32,000 nt of DNA, taken from Candidatus Hermodarchaeota archaeon. Its GTDB lineage: Archaea > Asgardarchaeota > Heimdallarchaeia > Hodarchaeales > Hodarchaeaceae. The notes under the pieces are model-generated. The model worked only from the letters and a program-made list of their open reading frames with translations. It did no database searches and was not told where the DNA came from. Shown here one piece after another: positions 9,343-16,897 of this stretch. Where the stretch lies: positions 90,001 to 122,000 of the forward strand of contig JBHLKY010000007.1 of assembly GCA_048886185.1 (NCBI GenBank). Direction: 5' to 3'. Position 1 is the stretch's first letter. Every line of letters starts with the position of its first letter. A program made the position numbers and the translations under genes.

Positions 9343-10089
9343 TCAGGTACCATTTCTCCAATCTTCAACAACCTTGTTTGCCTCTTTGGCGTACTCTAAT
9401 TTTTTAGTATCTAGCTTGAGATTATCTTCTTTTTCAAAAAACTCAAAATACGAACATTGATGACATTTTGCGTAAAGTAACAGCCTAGGTATAGTTTCAG
9501 GCACTCGGACAAGACGACAATGGTTAATTGATCTAACAAAATCTTTAAAAGTTTGTGAATCTACATTAACAAACTCTAGTATATCTATATTATTAAAATT
9601 GATCATCATACTCGTTCCTGATAAATCCAAAAGATCTTCCTCTGTGATTGTAAGCTGCTCTTGATGATTGACTGAGATCTCTTCCTGTCTCTTTATTAAC
9701 TTTCTTAAACTGTTTGCAGAGAAGTCAGGAAATATTCCATCAAATTTTAAGACAAAATCTTCCATTAGGGAGGTAAGAATTTCTCCAGGATCATAATTTA
9801 ACTTTTTTGATAAGTTATAAAAATCGTTGTATAGTAATTCATCGATCTCTTTGATTAAAATGCTTAAGGATTGGTCATTTAAATCATATTTTCGTATCCA
9901 TCTGTTATGTGCTTCTTTAAGGACATCAATCTCGTTGAGAAGAATTTCGCGTTCAAAAAGAATTTTCTCTATTAATGTTTCCGTTTCCTCCTTCGTAATT
10001 GCTTTTTTCTGGACTTGATTACGATACTCCTCAATCTCTTTCGATAACTCTGACCTTAATTGAGTAGGATTAAATACTTTGATACTCAT
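9343..10089 (-). CDS. uncharacterised protein: N-terminal coiled coil + RHH-like segment + His/Cys repeat domain (paralog of 10124-10699)
   Basis: 248-aa ORF. Residues from ~75 onward align with the neighbouring protein (IKEIDELLYNDF vs IRGIDSEIYEQF; VRSINHC vs VRSISHC). Confidence 0.85.
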   Translation of the reverse strand: MSIKVFNPTQLRSELSKEIEEYRNQVQKKAITKEETETLIEKILFEREILLNEIDVLKEAHNRWIRKYDLNDQSLSILIKEIDELLYNDFYNLSKKLNYDPGEILTSLMEDFVLKFDGIFPDFSANSLRKLIKRQEEISVNHQEQLTITEEDLLDLSGTSMMINFNNIDILEFVNVDSQTFKDFVRSINHCRLVRVPETIPRLLLYAKCHQCSYFEFFEKEDNLKLDTKKLEYAKEANKVVEDWRNGT

Positions 10090-10123
10090 TAAATCACAAC
10101 CATATTTAGGTAAAGAATGTCAA

Positions 10124-10699
10124 TCAATCTTCAATTGAAGTATTCTTGAATGTCTCTACCTCATAAACATCAATACGATCGCAAAATTGCAGCTTAGAGT
10201 ACATGACAAGTTTAGGAAAGATTGATGGTATCCTAACGGTTCCACAATGACTAATACTCCTAACATGACGCGTAAAAACTTCTTGAGTTACATCAGGTAG
10301 AAAGGTGAGCTGATCAATGTGTAAAAAGTCAATCATGGCATCTGCTTCTTCAAGGTCGGCACGACCAATCTTAAGTCGGTCATAATGAATAATACGTATC
10401 CTCTTAAGTTCAAAACGATCAAAAGTAGTCCTTGCACGTAATGCTGGAAGATGATCCAACGAGTCATTTAAATCCACAAGAATATCCTTCATCATTTTAG
10501 TAATTGCATCTCCGAGATTCATTCGTAGATTCTTTATCTTATATGAAAATTGTTCATAGATTTCACTATCAATTCCTCGGATAGTGACATTTTTTAATTT
10601 GGATTTTATTTCTTCCCAGTCTTCCTTGTCAATTTCTGGTTCTTTTTGGACATTTTCGTCTTCGTTTTCATGATCTCTTCCTGATTCATATTTATTCAT
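10124..10699 (-). CDS. uncharacterised protein: acidic N-terminus + RHH-like segment + His/Cys repeat domain (paralog of 9343-10089)
   Basis: 191-aa ORF, ATG with GAGGA RBS. NVTIRGIDSEIYEQF...LGDAITKMM resembles a ribbon-helix-helix. Confidence 0.85.
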   Translation of the reverse strand: MNKYESGRDHENEDENVQKEPEIDKEDWEEIKSKLKNVTIRGIDSEIYEQFSYKIKNLRMNLGDAITKMMKDILVDLNDSLDHLPALRARTTFDRFELKRIRIIHYDRLKIGRADLEEADAMIDFLHIDQLTFLPDVTQEVFTRHVRSISHCGTVRIPSIFPKLVMYSKLQFCDRIDVYEVETFKNTSIED

Positions 10700-10754
10700 T
10701 TAATATTCCTCAAAATCTAGGTATATTGTTTGACGCGCTATATTTGTAACGCAT

Positions 10755-10783
10755 GTATGACAAGTATGACTAAGCTATAAAAA
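10755..10783 (-). promoter_or_regulatory. putative TATA box (TTTTTATA, 10783-10776) with GTCATAC direct repeat (10770-10764, 10761-10755) upstream of the paralog pair
   Basis: The sequence is read directly. A purine-rich BRE-like stretch lies upstream of the TATA. The repeat lies between the TATA box and the expected start site, a typical repressor position. Confidence 0.5.
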
Positions 10784-10851
10784 CCTATTCTTAAAGGTAA
10801 GATTAGCCGCGCAATATAAATTTTTCATCCAATTATTTACTCTTATGTTGT

Positions 10852-12234
10852 TTGGAGGTACTCAGAATAATAGATTTAAATATCATCAACGCCAAAGTCT
10901 TTCTAGAAGATAGCCTTGTAGATGCAAGTTTGGGTATTGATCAGGGGAAGATTGCAATAATTGGTAAAGAAGATTCTCTTCCTAAAGCCCAAGAAACGAT
11001 CAATGCTTCAGGAAAAATAATTATCCCTGGTGGGATTGATGTACACACTCACATTTTAGATTTAAATTTTAATTATAGAGAAACATTTGTTACAGGTACT
11101 AGATCTGCCGCTGCAGGGGGAATAACAACTGTATTAGAGATGCCCCTAGGTATTGAGGGAAAAACAGCTCTCGAAGTATTTGATATGCAGTTTGATATCA
11201 TGAAAAAGAAATGTTTAGTGGATTTCGGGATAATTGGGTCAGCTGGTTATTCAAGCATTGATTATATTCCTGAATTAGCACGAAGAGGTGCGATTGCGTT
11301 TAAAACCTTCATGATTAACCCCTCAGAAGAGGAGGCGGAATTAAAAGATCTGGCTCCACAGGATGACTATTTTTTAATAAAAATCTTTTCTGAGATTGCT
11401 AAGACAGGACTTGTTAGTAGTGTCCATGCGGAAAATGATGCAATTATTAGCAATGAAATCAAGAATTTAATTTCTAAAGGAAAAACAGACTTCAAAGCGC
11501 ACACAGCTTCAAGACCTGCGATTGCTGAAGATGAAGCTTGTATGAGGGCCCTTTTACTGGCTCATCATGCTAATGTTAAGCTCAATCTTGTCCATATGAG
11601 TTCAAAAAACGCTTTTAATTTTATTAAGGAAGCGAAACAGAGAGACTGGGATGTAACTTGTGAGATAACACCTCATCACCTTTTTCTCACTGATGAAGAT
11701 GGTGAGAAAATAGGTTCATGGGCTAAAGTAGATCCACCATTACGCTCAAAAGAGCACGTTCTTGCCGCATGGGAGGCACTGAACGATGGAACAATCGATA
11801 TGATAGCTTCTGATCATTCTCCGTATTCTAGCGATGAGAAGAATGTAATAGACGATAATTTCTTCGAAGTTGGATCAGGAACAACTGGTTTGGAAACACT
11901 TCTCCCTCTAATGCTTGATGCAGTTAATAAAAGGAAGATTTCGTTACAGAGACTTGTCGAATCAACATCTACTGCTCCTGCAAGACGATTTGGGTTATTT
12001 CCCCGTAAAGGGACAATTGCATTAGGAGCTGATGCTGATCTTCTAATAATAGATATGCAGCGGGAATACACTCTAAAAAATGAAGAATTATTCACTAAAC
12101 CCAAAGTGACAGTATTTAATGGAATGAAGTTAAAAGGATCAATCGAGAAAACGTTTGTGAGGGGGAAATTAGTGTACGATACTGGAACCTTTCATGTAGA
12201 ACAAGGACATGGAGAGCTCGTATCTCCTCTTTGA
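10852..12234 (+). CDS. cyclic amidohydrolase (allantoinase/dihydroorotase/D-hydantoinase family)
   Basis: Motifs PGGIDVHTH, SAAAGGITT, AFKTFM (carboxylated Lys), VHAEN, HMSS, CEITPHHL, KVDPPLR, ASDHSP and GADADL. Confidence 0.93.
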   Translation: MEVLRIIDLNIINAKVFLEDSLVDASLGIDQGKIAIIGKEDSLPKAQETINASGKIIIPGGIDVHTHILDLNFNYRETFVTGTRSAAAGGITTVLEMPLGIEGKTALEVFDMQFDIMKKKCLVDFGIIGSAGYSSIDYIPELARRGAIAFKTFMINPSEEEAELKDLAPQDDYFLIKIFSEIAKTGLVSSVHAENDAIISNEIKNLISKGKTDFKAHTASRPAIAEDEACMRALLLAHHANVKLNLVHMSSKNAFNFIKEAKQRDWDVTCEITPHHLFLTDEDGEKIGSWAKVDPPLRSKEHVLAAWEALNDGTIDMIASDHSPYSSDEKNVIDDNFFEVGSGTTGLETLLPLMLDAVNKRKISLQRLVESTSTAPARRFGLFPRKGTIALGADADLLIIDMQREYTLKNEELFTKPKVTVFNGMKLKGSIEKTFVRGKLVYDTGTFHVEQGHGELVSPL

Positions 12235-12453
12235 CTTCTTTTTCTTCAAAATGCTTAAAACAATTTCACTAATTCGTATCTAAGCCGTAACTAATATATA
12301 AAATATTGATTATTGAATTGAACCTCTAAAAAAATACAGAGAGGAGAGTCTAGAATTCAATTATTATCATTAAATCGAAATGGATTGATCCTATTAATTG
12401 TAATAAATACACTTTCAAGTTATAAACTGATTAAATTGAAGGAGTTTAAATTT

Positions 12454-13959
12454 ATGAAACATAGAAAAATTTTGATTTTGTTGGTTTTTAGTTTGTCTTT
12501 ACTGAGTTTTGGTTACAGACAAAATATGGCTTCTATTGATTTTGAATCCAGGGAAAAAATTTCTTTAAACAAGAGCTTACAATATGTTTCACAAAGTCCT
12601 ATCTATATTTCACATAATGACAACTTCTCTACATACGCAATAAGTGGAGACGGGGGAAAGAATAATCCCTGGATGATAACAGGCTATAATATTACAAGTA
12701 ATACGAACATATTAATACATATACAAGATACGACCGATTATTTTGATATTTCAGGCAATCTTTTAGACGGAATAGATAGAACTTACGATGGTATTGCCCT
12801 CTCAAACGTTGTTAATGGATCTATCTCAAATAATACCATCAGAAATAGCTATTATGGCATTTTTCTTAACAACTCTGTCTATAACATTATTTCAAACAAT
12901 TCAGTGTATTATAACCACGAAGACGGTTTATATCTACATGACTCCAGTAATAATGCCATTATTCATAATCTTATACATAATAATGGTCAGAATCCAGGTG
13001 GTAGTGGTATCTTCCTTGATCCCTCAAATCATAATCTAATTATTAATAATACCATATTTAACAATAGCAAACATGGTATATTGCTTAATCGTTCTGATTA
13101 TAATATAATATCTAGTAATAATGTATCTCATAACCATGAACATGGCATGTTTCTATATTATTCCAATTATAGTATTCTATCTTGGAATCAAGTCCATAGT
13201 AATGGTGAAAATCCTGGTGGTAGTGGTATTTTTCTTGATCCTTCAAATCACAATACTATTTTTAATAATGTCATATTTAACAACAATAAAACTGGCATTA
13301 CTCTTAATGCCTCCGAATACAATATAGTTTCAAGTAATAATGTGTCTTATAACCATGAGGATGGATTATTCCTAAAAGATTCCAGTTTCAATGCCATATC
13401 AAACAATTTAATTCACAATAATGGTGTCAATCCTGGTGGTAGTGGTATTTTTCTTGATCCATCCCATTATAACACAATTGATCACAATTCCATCTTTTCT
13501 AACGGTCTGGCTGGGGTAAACATTAGTACCAGCTCTGGAAGTAATCAGATAGTATTAAATAATTTTATTAACAATGGTCCTGGAGGCGGTGAATCTCAAG
13601 CCTATGATGATGGGCTAGACAATTCATTCCAGTTTAATTATTGGAATGATCATACTAATACTGACAACAATCAGGATGGCATAGCAGATACAGCATATAA
13701 CATAAATGGTACTGCAAACAACAAGGATGAATATCCAAAAGTCAATCAATTTGTACATCCTACTCCATCACCGTATTTCATAACCTATACAACTACTGTG
13801 ACAGTACCATTCGGTGAAACTGAAACATCAACAACAAAATCGACAGAAAGTGTATCAACAAGTTCTGAAGAACCTATCGAAGGATGGCCTTTAGCTCTAG
13901 TATTATTTTCAATAATAACACTACTTTTCCTTCGTAAATTTAAACAGAGAACTCATTGA
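12454..13959 (+). CDS. secreted right-handed parallel beta-helix (NosD/PbH1) surface protein with Thr/Ser linker and C-terminal membrane anchor
   Basis: ATG 12454 follows an AAGGAG RBS; signal peptide MKHRKILILLVFSLSLL; many N-x-I-x-x-N...GI-x-L repeats; Thr/Ser-rich linker; EGWP + hydrophobic helix + RKFKQR tail. Confidence 0.9.
   Translation: MKHRKILILLVFSLSLLSFGYRQNMASIDFESREKISLNKSLQYVSQSPIYISHNDNFSTYAISGDGGKNNPWMITGYNITSNTNILIHIQDTTDYFDISGNLLDGIDRTYDGIALSNVVNGSISNNTIRNSYYGIFLNNSVYNIISNNSVYYNHEDGLYLHDSSNNAIIHNLIHNNGQNPGGSGIFLDPSNHNLIINNTIFNNSKHGILLNRSDYNIISSNNVSHNHEHGMFLYYSNYSILSWNQVHSNGENPGGSGIFLDPSNHNTIFNNVIFNNNKTGITLNASEYNIVSSNNVSYNHEDGLFLKDSSFNAISNNLIHNNGVNPGGSGIFLDPSHYNTIDHNSIFSNGLAGVNISTSSGSNQIVLNNFINNGPGGGESQAYDDGLDNSFQFNYWNDHTNTDNNQDGIADTAYNINGTANNKDEYPKVNQFVHPTPSPYFITYTTTVTVPFGETETSTTKSTESVSTSSEEPIEGWPLALVLFSIITLLFLRKFKQRTH
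12856..13512 (+). repeat. three tandem 219-bp (73-aa) intragenic repeat units
   Basis: NPGGSGIFLDPS codons begin at 12991, 13210 and 13429 (spacing exactly 219). Units start at Gly codons 12856, 13075 and 13294. Confidence 0.92.
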
Positions 13960-14046
13960 TAAGATCTAGGTTAATTTCATATCTTTAGCTAAAAAAGGGT
14001 AAATGAGTTTTGTTACAGGTGATTCTCGAATTAGAGGTATTTAATT

Positions 14047-15918
14047 TTGCTTAATCGTTTTTTATCCCAATTAATCAGAGATAATAAAGAACGAGAAACG
14101 ACTAAAGTAAAAACTCTCAAGCAGATTGAACTGTTTATATTAAAAGATACACTCAAAGAGGCTCTACAAGAAGTTGACACTCTATTCTCCAACGTTGAGT
14201 TAAATGAAGCAGATAAGTTGCAGATTCACATTCTCAAAAGTTTGATTCTCACTCAAATAGGAAACTTTGATACAAGTCTAGAGCTTGGTGAACAAATATA
14301 TTTAGAATGTCAACGATTGGAAAACCCCATATTAATTATTGATGCAATCATTTCACTTGCAAACACTAATTTTAGGCTTGATAAACTTGATAAGTGTCTG
14401 GATCTAATTGACAACGGTGAAAAACTACTTAGTACTATTACCAAGGGAAATGAAGAAGAAATTATAGATAGAACTGTTGCATTAACATATCTAAAAGGGA
14501 AGGTTTTCTGGAAAAAAGGTGAACTTGATCAAGCTCTCAAGTTTATACAGGAAAGCTTTTCTTTTAAAGAAGAAAAGAGTACTTTATATGAAACTGCTGA
14601 CTATCAAAACATCTTGGGGATACTTTTTGTGGGAAAGGGAGAGTTCAATAAGGCATTATATTATTTTCAAACCAGTCTTAAGATGTTCGAAGAACTCGGT
14701 ATGAAATCCTCAATCGTTAAGTCCTATAATAATATAGGATTAATACTTTGGAAAAACGGTAACTTAAGGGAAGCTTTAGGTCATTATAAAATGAGTCTAT
14801 CCTTAAGTGAAGAACTCAAAAACAATCAGTTTATCGCAGTTACATCATTGAATATAGGTCTGATTTACTGGAATATGGGAGAATTAGATAAAGCTTTAAA
14901 TTATTACCAGAAAAGTTTGGAAATAAGTGAAGAAATTAAAGATAAAGATTCCATGGCATCTTGTTTTAATAATATAGGAATTATATACCAATTCAAGGGT
15001 GAATTGGATCAATCATTAGAATACTACCAGAAAAGCTTAGCTTTAAATGAAGAACTAGGCATAAAACCAGATATAGCCCTTTGTCTTAATAATATTGGTG
15101 AAATATATCACATGAAAGGATCCTTTGAAGTTGCGAAAGAATACTTCACTAAGAGCTTGATTTTATTTGAGGAAGTTGGTGATAATTATAATACAAGTTT
15201 AGCTCTTTATAATCTGGTTTTGGTTTCCATTGATAGTGGATTAACAAAGGATTCACAACTATATCTTCAGAAATTACAAGAGATTTACATTAAAGAGGAT
15301 AAAAGGCATATTAGTCAAAAATTTCGTTTAGCCAAAGCAATCTTACTAAAAGAAAGTGAAAGGGTAATCAATATTGCTGAAGCTCAAAAATTATTGTATG
15401 AAGTCGCTCAAGAAGAAATGATTAGTCTTGAAAATAACGTCACTGCAAATTTAAATCTCTGTGAGCTCCTTTTACAAGAATTACGAGCTACTGGTAATGA
15501 GGAAATACTAATGGAATTGAAAGAGGTAGTATTTCGATTGGTAAGTGTTGCAGAAGGACAAAATTCGTACATCTGGCTTGCAAAGACCTATTGGTTACAA
15601 TCAAAAATAGCCTTACTAGAGTTTGATTTAGAACGATCACAAGAATTATTGACCCAAGCAGAATTAATCGCTAATGAGAAAGGACTAACAAAACTTCTAA
15701 ACAAGATTTCAAGCGAACGTGATATTCTATTAAATCAATTTAACAAATGGGAACATGTTCTTGACCAAAAACCTTCTGTCAGCGAAATCATTGAATTGAC
15801 CCAAATTGAAGCAATGGTAGAGCGAATGATCCAGAAAAAATTAGACACTTCAGATGAAGAAGTAATGCAGTATGCGATTGAATCTCGACGTTTGGTTGAC
15901 ATGTGGGATAAGCATTAA
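14047..15918 (+). CDS. tetratricopeptide repeat protein
   Basis: About 6-7 consecutive 40-aa TPR units (e.g. SYNNIGLILWKNGNLREALGHYKMSL, CFNNIGIIYQFKGELDQSLEYYQKSL) plus a helical C-terminal region. TTG start with GAGGT RBS. Confidence 0.92.
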   Translation: MLNRFLSQLIRDNKERETTKVKTLKQIELFILKDTLKEALQEVDTLFSNVELNEADKLQIHILKSLILTQIGNFDTSLELGEQIYLECQRLENPILIIDAIISLANTNFRLDKLDKCLDLIDNGEKLLSTITKGNEEEIIDRTVALTYLKGKVFWKKGELDQALKFIQESFSFKEEKSTLYETADYQNILGILFVGKGEFNKALYYFQTSLKMFEELGMKSSIVKSYNNIGLILWKNGNLREALGHYKMSLSLSEELKNNQFIAVTSLNIGLIYWNMGELDKALNYYQKSLEISEEIKDKDSMASCFNNIGIIYQFKGELDQSLEYYQKSLALNEELGIKPDIALCLNNIGEIYHMKGSFEVAKEYFTKSLILFEEVGDNYNTSLALYNLVLVSIDSGLTKDSQLYLQKLQEIYIKEDKRHISQKFRLAKAILLKESERVINIAEAQKLLYEVAQEEMISLENNVTANLNLCELLLQELRATGNEEILMELKEVVFRLVSVAEGQNSYIWLAKTYWLQSKIALLEFDLERSQELLTQAELIANEKGLTKLLNKISSERDILLNQFNKWEHVLDQKPSVSEIIELTQIEAMVERMIQKKLDTSDEEVMQYAIESRRLVDMWDKH

Positions 15919-15923
15919 ATTAT

Positions 15924-16817
15924 TTACTTGAAGAGTTCGATGGATCCAAGTTTCAATACAGCTTCCCCAGCTTCATTTTTAGTCTCAAAACCAAATACTT
16001 TACATGTTTCATTTTCCTCAAGTAACCATGCTTCTGTAGTAAGCGTATCATTCATAAAAACTGGCTTTGAAAACCTTGATTTTATTCTCTTGACCTTCCT
16101 CGGATCACCCTCAGCAAGATTATCCATGATGGCTTGAGTAGCAAACGCCAAGGTACATAAACCATGAAGAATTTTATCAGGAAGTCCAACCGACATAGCA
16201 ACATCTCTATCTACATGAATAGGATTATCATCGCCAGATGCAGCAGCATAACGTACAGATTGATCCGATGTGACTTTCATCTGCTTACAGACTATTACTT
16301 GTCTTTCCTTGTCTTTTTTTGTCTCTTTTCTTTTTTTAGATTCTTTTCTTGGTTTTCTGAAGAACAATCCAGCTCGCATCTCAAAGACAAGTTCCTCCTC
16401 GACCTTTCCTGAACTTTTAGCCCATAAAATATCTCCTGACTCTTTTATATCGATCGATTCTAATTTAATAGAAGTATTTACTTGGTCATGTATTTTGAGT
16501 GGGCGATAATAAAGAATCTCGTGTTCACCATGGACCATTCGGAAAATGTCAAGATTAAGAGAATCATCCAATACAATCCTTTTCATTGGCTCAATGAGCA
16601 TTGTAACTGGAAAGATGGGTGGAATTAATAATTTTTCAATATCCGATTCAAAATATCGCGAATTGGTCTCATTGGTTGCTTTGGCATAAGCTATTACTTT
16701 ATCAGGGTCTACTATTTCTATCGATCCCTCATAAACTCTACCAACAATATTAGGGTCAAGGCCACTATAAGTAGACTCAAATGAGTCGGAATTCTCTGGT
16801 ACCATAATAACTTTCAC
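15924..16817 (-). CDS. MaoC-family double hot-dog (R)-specific enoyl-CoA hydratase/dehydratase
   Basis: Hydratase-2 motif YAAASGDDNPIH followed by ILHGLCT, RFSKPVF; N-terminal hot-dog domain with MVHGEHE. Confidence 0.92.
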   Translation of the reverse strand: MKVIMVPENSDSFESTYSGLDPNIVGRVYEGSIEIVDPDKVIAYAKATNETNSRYFESDIEKLLIPPIFPVTMLIEPMKRIVLDDSLNLDIFRMVHGEHEILYYRPLKIHDQVNTSIKLESIDIKESGDILWAKSSGKVEEELVFEMRAGLFFRKPRKESKKRKETKKDKERQVIVCKQMKVTSDQSVRYAAASGDDNPIHVDRDVAMSVGLPDKILHGLCTLAFATQAIMDNLAEGDPRKVKRIKSRFSKPVFMNDTLTTEAWLLEENETCKVFGFETKNEAGEAVLKLGSIELFK

Positions 16818-16897
16818 CTATTTAACAAAGAATTCATAAAAAAATTTAATGGTTGCTAGAAAAAAATTTCATCTAGGGATAGTTTCTTATAGTTTGG

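Noticed and set aside
12385-12453. N-terminal extension of the NosD ORF given by the ORF track
   Set aside because: ATG 12454 has an AAGGAG RBS and begins a proper signal peptide; the upstream stretch looks like AT-rich promoter sequence.
14047-15918. TPR protein as a novel system component
   Set aside because: Stand-alone TPR proteins of this architecture are commonly expanded in Asgard-type genomes, and no effector domain is visible.
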